A DNA stretch of 64,000 bases, from positions 96,001 to 160,000 of the forward strand of contig JALHMH010000005.1 in assembly GCA_022844165.1 (NCBI GenBank), in the 5' to 3' direction. The translations under genes and the position numbers were made by a program. This document shows positions 20,630 through 30,486 of this stretch, in pieces (the stretch's first letter is position 1; every line of letters begins with the position of its first letter). A model generated the notes under the pieces. The model was given only the letters and a program-made list of their open reading frames with translations. It was not told where the DNA came from and did no database searches. The DNA is from Lysobacterales bacterium. Lineage in GTDB: Bacteria > Pseudomonadota > Gammaproteobacteria > Xanthomonadales > SZUA-5.

Positions 20630-22879
20630 TCAGGTGCCTGCGGCTCGCAGCAGCACGTTCACCGATTTGTACGATGGCGTGAAGCTTTGTGGGTCATACG
20701 CATCGAGCGCAATCAAGACTGTGGCTTCGGGAAAGTAAGCGGCGCAACTTCCTCGGGCGATGGGATAAGGTACGGCGACGACACTTCGCAAAGCACGCGA
20801 GGGGTCCGCAGCAGCTACGACATCGACTCGACTACCTTCTGCCAATCCCAGATCCCGCAAATCCTCGGCATTAACGAACAGCACATCCCGCGTGGCTCGC
20901 ACTCCGCGATAGCGGTCGTCGAAACCGTAGATGGTGGTGTTGTACTGGTCGTGCGAACGAATGGTCGTCAAACAAAGCTCGCCGCGGCCGCTTGTCGGCA
21001 AAACCGCGTCGGCCATGACCTTAAACTCTGCGCGACCGCTGGCGGTCAGCCAGCGACGCTCGCTCGCAGCATTCGGCAGATGAAAGCCGCCTGGCAGGCG
21101 CACACGTTCGTTGTAGCTTTCGAACCCCGGCACGCAGCGTTCAATGCGATCGCGAATCCGATCGTAATCCGCGACCAGGTCCCGCCAGGGGATGGTGCCG
21201 CTGGTCAATGTTGCAGCCGCGATTCCGGCAACGATCGCCGGCTCGGATCGTAAGTGCGGCGAACAGGGCATCTTCATGCCACGCGATGCATGCACCATCG
21301 ACATCGAATCCTCTACGGTAACAAATTGAGGGCCGCTGGCCTGCATATCGAGATCGGTACGCCCAAGGCACGGCAAAATGAGCGCCTCGGCACCGAATGT
21401 CAGATGCGAACGATTGAGCTTGGTGTGAATCCCAACGCTGAGTTGAAGACGCGACAATGCTGCGGCCGTCGCCACTGGATCGGGCGCCGCCATCGCAAAG
21501 TTTCCGCCCAGGGAAATCAGTACGCGAATCTCATCGCGCGACATCGCAGCAATGGTCTCGACCACCGTGCCACCATGGCGCCGAGGCATAGGCACACCGA
21601 ATTCGCGCTCAAGAGCGTCCAGGAATGCAGCAGGCGGCCGCTCATTGATACCGACAGTACGGTCGCCCTGGACATTGCTATGGCCGCGCACCGGGCAGAT
21701 ACCGCAGCCGGGCTTGCCGATCTGTCCGCGCAGCAGCAGCAAATTTGCGATCTGCTGTACAGTTGCGGTACCGTGCCGGTGCTGCGTGATGCCCATTCCG
21801 TACGCAATGATGCAACGCTCGGCGCGGACCAGGAGTCCAGCGATGCGATCGATCTCTGCAAACGTCAGTCCAGTGACTTCGATGATTCTGTCCCAGCCGA
21901 TCGCTTCCAACTCCGAGAACAGGGCTTCGGAGCCGATCGTATGCTCGGCAATGAACGCGTGATCCAGCGCAGGCCAACCCTGGCGATCAAGCTCGATCAG
22001 GCGCTTCATCAGCCCTTGAAGAACCGCATAGTCGCTGCCGATGCGAGGTTGCAGGTAATCGCTGGCCAATGAGGTCTCGCCCGCCGCCAGCATCTCGGTA
22101 GCGTGCTGCGGCGAACGGAAGCGTTCCAGACCGCGTTCACGCAGAGGATTAAACACGACAATCGACTTACCGCGCCGCGCAAGGGAGCGCAACGTACCCA
22201 GCATGCGTGGATGATTGCTCCCCGGATTGTGGCCGAAGCTTAACAGCAGATCGGTGCGATCGAAGTCATCGAGTGTGACCGTACCTTTGCCAACGCCAAT
22301 CGACAGCGGCATGCCGATGCTTGTCGCCTCGTGGCAGAGATTGGAGCAGTCCGGCAGATTGTTCGTGCCGTAACAACGCACGAACAGCTGGTACAAAAAA
22401 GCAGCCTCATTGCTGGTTCGCCCGGAGGTGTAAAACGCGGCCTGCCAGGGAGACTCTAGATCTTGCAGGACACTGCCGATCTGGGCGAAGGCCGCGTCCC
22501 ACGATATCGGCAGGTAGCGATCGCTGCTGCGGTCGTAGCGCATCGGCTGCGTCAGGCGGCCTTGCGCTTCCAGCCAATGATCGCTGTGTTCGCGCAACTC
22601 GCTGACGGTGAAGTCAGCGAACAACGCGGGATCCGCGGTTTTGGTGGTTGCCTCGAATGCAACAGCCTTGGCGCCGTTTTCGCAGAACTCGAACGAAGAG
22701 GTGTGCTTCGGATCCGGCCACGCGCACCCTGGGCAGTCGAATCCTTCGGGCTGATTGGCTTTAAGCAGGGTCCGCGCACCATCGATCGGCGCACCCTCGC
22801 GCTGGAGCGCACGCGCCACCGATCCAAGTGCATCCCAGCCGCCAGCAGGGCCGCGGTAAGCCTTGATCGAGTCGCTCAT
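20630..22879 (-). CDS. FdhF/YdeP family molybdopterin oxidoreductase
   Basis: PAGGW, NQPEGFDCPGCAW, EFCENGAKA, YTSGRTSNEAAF, PDCSNLCHE, RGHSNVQG, RSHDQYNTTIYG. Confidence 0.92.
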   Translation of the reverse strand: MSDSIKAYRGPAGGWDALGSVARALQREGAPIDGARTLLKANQPEGFDCPGCAWPDPKHTSSFEFCENGAKAVAFEATTKTADPALFADFTVSELREHSDHWLEAQGRLTQPMRYDRSSDRYLPISWDAAFAQIGSVLQDLESPWQAAFYTSGRTSNEAAFLYQLFVRCYGTNNLPDCSNLCHEATSIGMPLSIGVGKGTVTLDDFDRTDLLLSFGHNPGSNHPRMLGTLRSLARRGKSIVVFNPLRERGLERFRSPQHATEMLAAGETSLASDYLQPRIGSDYAVLQGLMKRLIELDRQGWPALDHAFIAEHTIGSEALFSELEAIGWDRIIEVTGLTFAEIDRIAGLLVRAERCIIAYGMGITQHRHGTATVQQIANLLLLRGQIGKPGCGICPVRGHSNVQGDRTVGINERPPAAFLDALEREFGVPMPRRHGGTVVETIAAMSRDEIRVLISLGGNFAMAAPDPVATAAALSRLQLSVGIHTKLNRSHLTFGAEALILPCLGRTDLDMQASGPQFVTVEDSMSMVHASRGMKMPCSPHLRSEPAIVAGIAAATLTSGTIPWRDLVADYDRIRDRIERCVPGFESYNERVRLPGGFHLPNAASERRWLTASGRAEFKVMADAVLPTSGRGELCLTTIRSHDQYNTTIYGFDDRYRGVRATRDVLFVNAEDLRDLGLAEGSRVDVVAAADPSRALRSVVAVPYPIARGSCAAYFPEATVLIALDAYDPQSFTPSYKSVNVLLRAAGT

Positions 22880-22981
22880 GGCGGAACCCTTCATCCGACG
22901 GGAAACCTGGCAACTGTAGCATTCCGGCACCAGAACACCGCAACTGTGCCACGCGTATCGCGACGGCAGTCAGGCGCATCG

Positions 22982-23641
22982 CTAACGCGAACCGAATAAC
23001 GCCGATCCCACGCGAACCATCGTCGCACCGTGTTCGATCGCCAGTTCGAAATCATCGCTCATGCCCATCGAAAGCGTGTCGACATCGAATCTGGCCCGGA
23101 GCTCGTCGAACAGACGCTTGAGCTTGCAAAAGCTCGCGACGCGCAACTCACGTTCTGGCCACGGCGCCGGTATGGCCATCAGACCGCGCAAGCGTAATTG
23201 CGGCTGCGCAGCGATTTGGCGAGCGATCTCAAAAGCTGCCTCAGGCGAGCAACCCGACTTGCTGGCCTCAGCATCGATATTCACCTGGACCAGGAGGTTC
23301 AGCGGCGCCTGATGCGCCAGACGGTGACCGGCAAGTTTAGCCACGAGCGACATGCGATCGACCGATTGCAGCCAGTCGAAATGCTGCGCCACCTCTTTGC
23401 ACTTGTTGCTTTGTAGCGGACCAATGAAATGCCACTCGGTATCGAGCGGTCTCCACAACACCATTTTCGCGAGCGCCTCCTGCGCATAATTCTCGCCGAA
23501 GACGCGCAGACCAGCAGCGTAAGCCGCCTGCAGTTTTTCGACAGGCTGCTTCTTGCTCACGCCGATCAACGTCACATCCTCGCCGCAACGTGCCGCTGCG
23601 ATGCGCCTGCGCAAATCGGCCAACGACTTGCTCAAGTCCAC
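22982..23641 (-). CDS. yggS: PLP homeostasis protein YggS
   Basis: GVSK, FGENY.QE, WHFIGPLQSNK, GLMAIP, LSMGMSDD, VRVGSALFG; divergent from pilT. Confidence 0.95.
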   Translation of the reverse strand: MDLSKSLADLRRRIAAARCGEDVTLIGVSKKQPVEKLQAAYAAGLRVFGENYAQEALAKMVLWRPLDTEWHFIGPLQSNKCKEVAQHFDWLQSVDRMSLVAKLAGHRLAHQAPLNLLVQVNIDAEASKSGCSPEAAFEIARQIAAQPQLRLRGLMAIPAPWPERELRVASFCKLKRLFDELRARFDVDTLSMGMSDDFELAIEHGATMVRVGSALFGSR

Positions 23642-23710
23642 ACGTGCCTCTTCTCGCCGCCTACGGCTCCATGGCTATACTTCGGGCACCGCGCGTGCAA
23701 GGGGTGATCC

Positions 23711-24751
23711 ATGGACATTGCTGAACTGTTGGCCTTCAGCGTCAAGAATAAGGCTTCCGACTTGCATTTGTCGGCTGGATTGCCACCGATGATCCGTGTC
23801 GACGGCGATGTACGCCGGATCAACATCCCGGCGCTCGATCACAAAGCCGTGCACGGTTTGGTGTACGACATCATGTCGGACAAACAACGCCGCGACTACG
23901 AAGAGTATCTGGAAGTCGACTTCTCGTTCGAAATCCCGGGACTCGCCAGGTTTCGTGTGAACGCCTTCAATCAGAACCGAGGCGCAGCGGCGGTGTTTCG
24001 AACCATTCCATCGGAGATCCTGTCGCTCGAAGATCTAGGCGCGCCCAAAGTGTTCAAGGAACTGATCGATGTTCCGCAAGGGCTGGTTCTGGTGACCGGA
24101 CCGACCGGCTCCGGCAAATCCACAACGCTGGCGGCGATGCTCGATCACATCAACAAAAACGAATATGCGCACATGCTTTCGGTGGAAGATCCGATCGAGT
24201 TTGTGCACACCTCGAATAAGTGTTTGATCAACCAGCGCGAGGTACATCGCGACACACACGGCTTCAACGAAGCGCTGCGATCGGCCTTGCGCGAAGACCC
24301 GGACTACATTCTCGTCGGCGAGTTGCGCGACCTGGAGACGATCCGGCTGGCTTTGACCGCTGCAGAAACGGGCCACTTGGTATTCGGCACCCTGCATACC
24401 TCGTCGGCGGCCAAGACCATCGATCGAATCATTGACGTGTTCCCCGCTGGCGAAAAACCGATGGTGCGATCCATGCTGTCGGAATCGCTGCGTGCGGTCA
24501 TCGCGCAATCCCTGCTGAAGAAAGTTGGCGGCGGCCGTATCGCAGCGCACGAAATCATGGTGGGCATACCTGCGATTCGCAACCTGATCCGCGAAGACAA
24601 GGTCGCACAAATGTACTCGTCGATCCAGACCGGTGCCAATTACGGCATGCAAACGCTGGATCAGTGTTTGCAGGATCTGGTCAAGCGCGGACTGGTGACC
24701 CGGCAGCAGGCAATGACGTACGCCAAGGACAAGCGCCTGTTCGAGGCCTGA
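23711..24751 (+). CDS. pilT: Type IV pilus retraction ATPase PilT
   Basis: MDIAELLAFSVKNKASDLHLSAG, GPTGSGKST, LREDPD, AIRNLIRE; TATACT -10 upstream. Confidence 0.97.
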   Translation: MDIAELLAFSVKNKASDLHLSAGLPPMIRVDGDVRRINIPALDHKAVHGLVYDIMSDKQRRDYEEYLEVDFSFEIPGLARFRVNAFNQNRGAAAVFRTIPSEILSLEDLGAPKVFKELIDVPQGLVLVTGPTGSGKSTTLAAMLDHINKNEYAHMLSVEDPIEFVHTSNKCLINQREVHRDTHGFNEALRSALREDPDYILVGELRDLETIRLALTAAETGHLVFGTLHTSSAAKTIDRIIDVFPAGEKPMVRSMLSESLRAVIAQSLLKKVGGGRIAAHEIMVGIPAIRNLIREDKVAQMYSSIQTGANYGMQTLDQCLQDLVKRGLVTRQQAMTYAKDKRLFEA

Positions 24752-24988
24752 TCACCGGCCATCAATTTCTGAAATGACTTCTCGAAGGTCGCCAGAGCAC
24801 TCCTGGTGGGCGCTCCCAGGTCGAGGCTGCTCGGATCTGGTCCGAGCATCAGCACGCGTCTTTTGCGAAATTTGACCCGCAAGCGCGATGACGGCCCTGG
24901 AATGGAACGATTACTCCATCGACGCGGTAGCGCCAAAGCGCAAAAAAAGGAAGACTCCGGCAACGGAAATTTAACGCCAGGAGTTGCC

Positions 24989-27208
24989 ATGACCCGCAAA
25001 CAACCGCTGACACTCGCCATCCTTGCCATTTTGGCGATACCGGCTTACGCGCAGGACGACAACGAAGCAGCTGTTCTCGACACCGTGCAAGTCACGGCGC
25101 AGCGGCGGGTCGAAGATGTACGGCAAGTACCGATTTCCATCACTACTGTCGCCGACGAGAAGCTCGATGTACTGGGCTCCGGTGGCGAGGACATTCGGTT
25201 TCTGTCGGGCCGCTTGCCAAGCTTGATTATCGAGTCATCCTTCGGACGTACCTTCCCACGCTTTTACGTGCGCGGGTTCGGCAATACAGACTTCGATATC
25301 AATGCCTCGCAACCGGTATCGCTGGTGTACGACGATATCGTTCAGGAGAACCCGATTCTGAAGGGCTTTCCGATCTTTGACACGGCACAGGTCGAACTGT
25401 TGCGCGGTCCGCAAGGCACGCTGTTTGGACGCAACACGCCCGCGGGCGTGGTGAAGGTCGACTCAGTGCGTCCTTCGCAGGAATCGAGCGGCTACGGGCA
25501 AGTCTCTTATGGCCGCTATGGCACGGCAAATCTCGAAGGGGCCATTGGCGGTGGCTTCAACCACAGCACCTCGGGCCGCGTCAGCGTATCGTACCAGCGC
25601 CGGGACGATTGGGTGACCAACACGTTTGCGCCAGGCCCTGAAGACGAGCTTGAGTCGTATCGGGACTTTGCCGCACGTGGCCAGTTGTTGTTCGAGGGCG
25701 AAAATTTTCAAGCGCTGTTCACTGGACGAGCCCGAGCGCTGGATGGCTCCGCCCGCGTATTCCGCGCCAACGTCATCCGCCGCGGCAGCAACGATCTGGT
25801 TCCAGGTTTTCGTCGCGACGAGGTATCGCACGATGGCATCAATGACCAGGAAGTCGACAATCTCGGTGGCAGTGCTCGATTGTCGTGGGATTTAGGCTCA
25901 ACCACGCTGTATTCGATTACGGGCTACGAGACCGTTGAAAGCTACAGCCGCGGCGACATCGACGGCGGTTTTGGCGCGGTGTTTGCGCCTCCCTCCGGCC
26001 CGGGACTGATCCCGTTCACGGCCGAGTCTGCCGATGGATTACCGGATCACTCTCAGTTCACGCAAGAGTTCCGCCTGGTCTCGAACGAGTGGGGTCAATT
26101 TGACTGGCAGATCGGCGCCTTCTGGTTTGATGAAGAGATCGACATCGACAGCTTCAGTTACGATCCTCTGAACAACAACCGTGAAAACGGCTACGCACGC
26201 CAAACCCAGGAGAATCAGGCGTACGCACTGTTCGCTTCTGGCGAATATGAGGTCTCCGATGTTCTGACGCTCAGAGGCGGACTGCGCTACACCAAAGACG
26301 AAAAGGACTTCGTGGCCGAGCGCCTGGTGTCGCCACTGGCCTTTCTGGGCGTTGGCCCGCTCGCACCGGTGCGCGTCGATACCAGCGACGACGATGTCAG
26401 TTGGGATTTGAGCGCCGTGTACGCTCTGAACGACGCGACAAATCTATTCGGCCGCGTCGCGCGGGGATTCCGAGCCCCTTCGATTCAGGGGCGCGTGTTG
26501 TTCGGTGATGTGGTCTCGGTCGCCGAATCAGAAACGGCGTTGTCCTTCGACGCCGGTATCAAGACCGATTTGTTCGATCGCCGTGCCCGACTTGGCCTCA
26601 GCGTATTCCGCACTGTGATCGACGACCAACAGCTCACGGCCGTTGGCGGCACCCAGAACTTCAACACCCTGGTCAACGCAGAAGAGACCGTGTTGCAGGG
26701 CCTGGAAATCGATCTCGAGGCTTATCTCTCCGATGCGCTGTTGATCACGCTCGGCGCCAGTTACAACGACACAGAAATCGACGACCGCACGCTGGCGATC
26801 GCCCCTTGCGGCGGGGGCTGCACCGTACTCGACCGCGCCGGCCCGGTGGCGGGCACAGTCCTGATCGACGGCAATCCCTTACCCAACGCACCGAAGGTCA
26901 TCACCAACTTCACCGCCCGCTATGGCGTGCCGATGGGCGACGGTGAGTTCTTCGTGTACACGGACTGGGCGTATCGCTCGCAGATCAATTTCTTTTTGTA
27001 CGAAGCCACCGAGTTTCGCGGGAAATCCCTGCTCGAAGGTGGCTTGCGAGTCGGCTACAACTGGAATTACGGCGCCTATGAGTTGGCGCTATTTGGCCGA
27101 AACATAACCGACGAAGAAGTTATCGTAGGCGGCATCGATTTCAACAACCTGACTGGGTTTGTGAATGAGCCGCGTATTTTTGGCCTGGAGTTTAAGGCGA
27201 GCTTCTGA
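24989..27208 (+). CDS. TonB-dependent receptor
   Basis: AGGAG RBS, signal peptide, TonB box DTVQVTAQRR, plug motif VELLRGPQGTLFGRNTPAG, C-terminal Phe (KASF). Confidence 0.92.
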   Translation: MTRKQPLTLAILAILAIPAYAQDDNEAAVLDTVQVTAQRRVEDVRQVPISITTVADEKLDVLGSGGEDIRFLSGRLPSLIIESSFGRTFPRFYVRGFGNTDFDINASQPVSLVYDDIVQENPILKGFPIFDTAQVELLRGPQGTLFGRNTPAGVVKVDSVRPSQESSGYGQVSYGRYGTANLEGAIGGGFNHSTSGRVSVSYQRRDDWVTNTFAPGPEDELESYRDFAARGQLLFEGENFQALFTGRARALDGSARVFRANVIRRGSNDLVPGFRRDEVSHDGINDQEVDNLGGSARLSWDLGSTTLYSITGYETVESYSRGDIDGGFGAVFAPPSGPGLIPFTAESADGLPDHSQFTQEFRLVSNEWGQFDWQIGAFWFDEEIDIDSFSYDPLNNNRENGYARQTQENQAYALFASGEYEVSDVLTLRGGLRYTKDEKDFVAERLVSPLAFLGVGPLAPVRVDTSDDDVSWDLSAVYALNDATNLFGRVARGFRAPSIQGRVLFGDVVSVAESETALSFDAGIKTDLFDRRARLGLSVFRTVIDDQQLTAVGGTQNFNTLVNAEETVLQGLEIDLEAYLSDALLITLGASYNDTEIDDRTLAIAPCGGGCTVLDRAGPVAGTVLIDGNPLPNAPKVITNFTARYGVPMGDGEFFVYTDWAYRSQINFFLYEATEFRGKSLLEGGLRVGYNWNYGAYELALFGRNITDEEVIVGGIDFNNLTGFVNEPRIFGLEFKASF

Positions 27209-29462
27209 GGTCGGCGCAGATCGTTCCATCAAGAGCGGTGCACGGGGCACGCGGCACGGGGCAGGTGTCGCGCCCCCTGCCCTTGCGCTGCTGGCGGCAC
27301 TGATCGCTCCACTCGCCGCTGCGCAAACCGATTGTGTTGGCCTTGTGCTGGGTGGTGGTGGCGCCCGCGGCGCCGCTCACATTGGCGTGCTTAAGGTACT
27401 GGAACGAGAACGCGTTCCGATCTGCCGAATCGCAGGCACCAGCATGGGCTCGATTGTTGGCGGGCTGTATGCCTCCGGGTACGCGCCCGAGGAGATCGAA
27501 CGGGTATTGCTGGCCGTCGATTGGAAAGATGTGCTGAGCGACGATCCGCCGCGGGCCGATTTTCCGATGCGGCGCAAGAACGACACCCTGCGCTATTTGC
27601 TGAACTTTCGCCTGGGATTTCGCGACGGCAAGATTCAATTGCCACGCGGCGTCATCCAGGGCCAGAAATTGCTGTTGCTGCTCAGGCGGCTCACGTTGCA
27701 CACGTGGAATACCGATCACTTCGATGGATTGTCCATCCCATTCCGCGCAGTCGCCACCGATATCGCGCGTGGCGAAGCCGTCGTGTTCGATAAAGGCGAT
27801 CTCGCTCTGGCGATTCGCGCCAGCATGAGCGTACCGGCCGCTTTTGCGCCGTTGCGGGTCGATGGAAAGCTGCTCGTCGACGGTGGCATCGTCAATAACG
27901 TACCGGTCGACATCGTGCGCGAGATGGGCGCCCATCATCTCATCGTGGTCGACGTCGGTGCGCCGTTGCTCGAGGATAAAGACCTCAACTCGCCGTTCGC
28001 CATCACCATGCAGATGCTCGATGTGCTGATGAAGCAGCGCACCGCGGATGTGCTGCGCGGCATGGCCCTGACGGACGTCAAGATTCAACCGGATCTTGGC
28101 GATATCGGCAGCGCCGATTTCGACCGCGCTGCCGAGACCATCGCGCCGGGCGAAGCCGCTGCGTTGGCAGCCGTGTCGCAAATCCGTCGCTTCTCGCTGA
28201 CGCCAGAAGCGTACGCCCAGTATCGAGCACGGCATCGCAAGCGCGCTTTCGATGCGCCGATGATTGCCTATCTGGACGTGCTCTCGGAGCGCTCAAAAAC
28301 CTCCGGATATGTGATGCGTCGATTGGACTCGCTACCGGGTGAGAGATTGGACCTCGACCGCGTCGAAGCGAGCATCGGTGCCGCCTACGGACTTGGCAAC
28401 TACGAGCGCATCGCATGGCGCCCGGTCTCACGCGATGGCGAATTCGGCGTCGAAGTGCTGCCGGTCGACAAAGGCTGGGGCCCGAACTTCATCACCTTTG
28501 GGCTGCAGATCAGCGATGATTTCGAGGGTCGCAACGACTATCAGCTAGGCGCCGAATACACCATGACCGGCCTCAACCGATTTGGCGGGGAATGGCGCTC
28601 GCGGCTTGAGCTTGGGCGCATTACCGGGTTACGCAGCGAGTTCTTCCAACCGTTTGGCGAACGTGGGCAGTACTTCGCCTTTCCTTACGTCGAATACCGC
28701 GCGCTCGATCAGTCCTTGTCGGTCGATGGTGCGGTCGTTTCCCTCTTCCGCTTCGGCCGCGCCTCAGCTGGCTTCGATCTGGGTTTTGAGCCCTCGGTCA
28801 ACTGGCGCATTTATGGCGGCCTGTTCCGCGGCCATGGGCGTGCGCGAACCGAAGTGGGCAGTGGGCAGTTCCGCCAGCAAATTTCGGGAAACATCGGCGG
28901 CTATCGACTGGGCCTCATTCGCGACACGATCGACGACGGCAACTTCCCCGGAGCGGGCTCACGCGGCGAAATTTCGGTGATCGCCGAGAGTTTCGCGCTC
29001 GGTTCGGATGGCAACGGCGACATCGTCGATATCCAGTGGGACAAGGCGCTATCGCATGGTCCTGACCGTTTTCTGTTGGGTGCGCGATTACACGCCAGCT
29101 TTGGCGAACCGAACCTGTTCGATGCCTTAGGCACTTTAGGCGGTTTTACCAATCTCTCCGGATTCGCCGAACGTGAGTTGCTCGGTGAGCACAGCTCGCT
29201 GTTTCGCGCAATCTATTACCGGCAACTCGGTGGAGATGGTCTGTTTTCGGTGCCAGCCTATGTCGGCTTCAGCGCCGAAGCGGGCAACGTGTATGAGGAC
29301 AGAAATGCCATGATCAGCCTCGACAACCTGATCTGGGCCGGCAGCATCTTCGTAGGTGTCGAATCGCCGTTTGGCCCGGTGTTCCTCGGATACGGCCGCG
29401 CCGACAGCGGCGATAGTTCTTTCTACTTGAACTTCGGCACCTTGTTACGGCCCCGGCCCTGA
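27165..29462 (+). CDS. Patatin-like phospholipase with POTRA and Omp85-like barrel (PlpD-like, type Vd)
   Basis: GGGGARG, GTSMG, ASMSVP, DGG, then a POTRA-like segment and amphipathic beta-strands. Start codon uncertain. Confidence 0.85.
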   Translation: MSRVFLAWSLRRASEVGADRSIKSGARGTRHGAGVAPPALALLAALIAPLAAAQTDCVGLVLGGGGARGAAHIGVLKVLERERVPICRIAGTSMGSIVGGLYASGYAPEEIERVLLAVDWKDVLSDDPPRADFPMRRKNDTLRYLLNFRLGFRDGKIQLPRGVIQGQKLLLLLRRLTLHTWNTDHFDGLSIPFRAVATDIARGEAVVFDKGDLALAIRASMSVPAAFAPLRVDGKLLVDGGIVNNVPVDIVREMGAHHLIVVDVGAPLLEDKDLNSPFAITMQMLDVLMKQRTADVLRGMALTDVKIQPDLGDIGSADFDRAAETIAPGEAAALAAVSQIRRFSLTPEAYAQYRARHRKRAFDAPMIAYLDVLSERSKTSGYVMRRLDSLPGERLDLDRVEASIGAAYGLGNYERIAWRPVSRDGEFGVEVLPVDKGWGPNFITFGLQISDDFEGRNDYQLGAEYTMTGLNRFGGEWRSRLELGRITGLRSEFFQPFGERGQYFAFPYVEYRALDQSLSVDGAVVSLFRFGRASAGFDLGFEPSVNWRIYGGLFRGHGRARTEVGSGQFRQQISGNIGGYRLGLIRDTIDDGNFPGAGSRGEISVIAESFALGSDGNGDIVDIQWDKALSHGPDRFLLGARLHASFGEPNLFDALGTLGGFTNLSGFAERELLGEHSSLFRAIYYRQLGGDGLFSVPAYVGFSAEAGNVYEDRNAMISLDNLIWAGSIFVGVESPFGPVFLGYGRADSGDSSFYLNFGTLLRPRP

Positions 29463-29600
29463 GTTGGCTTGCCCGTGAGAGCGTGCATAGAATCGTAAGC
29501 TGTGGGTAACGGCACCCACGTACCTGACGATACCAACGGAGCTTGATTCGCCAAGAAAATAGAAGGCACCTGAGTCATTGGGCGCACTATAGTTGCGCCC

Positions 29601-30257
29601 ATGAACATACTGACGGATCTGCTCGACAAAAACCGCCAATGGGCCGCTGCCATGCATGCGGCGGATCCAGAATTCTTCGAACGGCTGCGCCATCAACAAA
29701 CACCCAGGTACCTGTGGATCGGCTGCTCCGATTCGCGCGTACCCGCCAACCAAATCATTGGCTTGAATCCTGGCGAGATTTTTGTCCATCGAAATGTGGC
29801 AAACATTGTGGTGCATGCCGATCTCAACTGCCTGAGCGCGATCCAGTTTGCCGTAGATCTATTGCGCGTCGAACACATCATCGTCTGCGGGCATTTCGGC
29901 TGTTCCGGTGTTCGCGCGGTGCTCGAAGGCCGCAGGGTCGGAATCGCCGACAACTGGCTGCGGCACGTGGGCGATGTGGCCAACAAACATGCCCACGCCC
30001 TGGAAGACGTTCATGAAATCCAGCGCGCCGACTTGCTCTGCGAACTGAATGTGATCGAGCAGGTCGAAAACGTCTGCCAGACAACCGTCGTACGAGACGC
30101 CTGGGACCGCGGCCAGCCCGTCACGGTTCACGGTTGGCTGTATGGCCTGAACGACGGCCGCATTCGCGACCTGGCACTCGCCATTGCCTCACCGATCGAT
30201 CTGGCGCAACGCTATAACGAGGCTTTGTTGGCCGCTGCGTTGGGCTACAGGCCCTGA
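29601..30257 (+). CDS. can: Beta-class carbonic anhydrase
   Basis: WIGCSDSRVP, FVHRNVAN, VCGHFGC.GV, LCELNV.EQV. Confidence 0.96.
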   Translation: MNILTDLLDKNRQWAAAMHAADPEFFERLRHQQTPRYLWIGCSDSRVPANQIIGLNPGEIFVHRNVANIVVHADLNCLSAIQFAVDLLRVEHIIVCGHFGCSGVRAVLEGRRVGIADNWLRHVGDVANKHAHALEDVHEIQRADLLCELNVIEQVENVCQTTVVRDAWDRGQPVTVHGWLYGLNDGRIRDLALAIASPIDLAQRYNEALLAAALGYRP

Positions 30258-30486
30258 AACGCCAGATTTTGTCGCTATTTCCGTACCGAATCTGGTGTGG
30301 TCACGTCTCGCCTGTCAAAAAAGCCCCACTTGCGAATGAACCTGGAAACCTCAGATGGAAGGGGTGAACCGCGCCAACTGCTGAAAAGGCAGTAGATTCA
30401 TGAACCTACGGACCTGGAAAAGCGGTCAACTGAGGCTTTTTAGGATGATGTCCTCGAATTGCGAAGATGGCGAAGAACCCATCCAA

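Noticed and set aside
22899-22947. GGGAA…ATTCCGG…CCGCAACTGT looks like a cobalamin riboswitch core; GCAACTGT is repeated 30 bp apart
   Set aside because: It is on the plus strand while both flanking genes are on the minus strand, and it is too short. The minus-strand TGGCAC-N2-TTGC has the wrong spacing for sigma54, and no convincing Moco motif is present.
24752-24988. Hairpins (for example TGCTCGGA-N5-TCCGAGCA) upstream of the TonB receptor as a possible TPP/B12 riboswitch or Fur box
   Set aside because: No CTGAGA, B12-box or clear Fur consensus. More likely pilT 3' structures.
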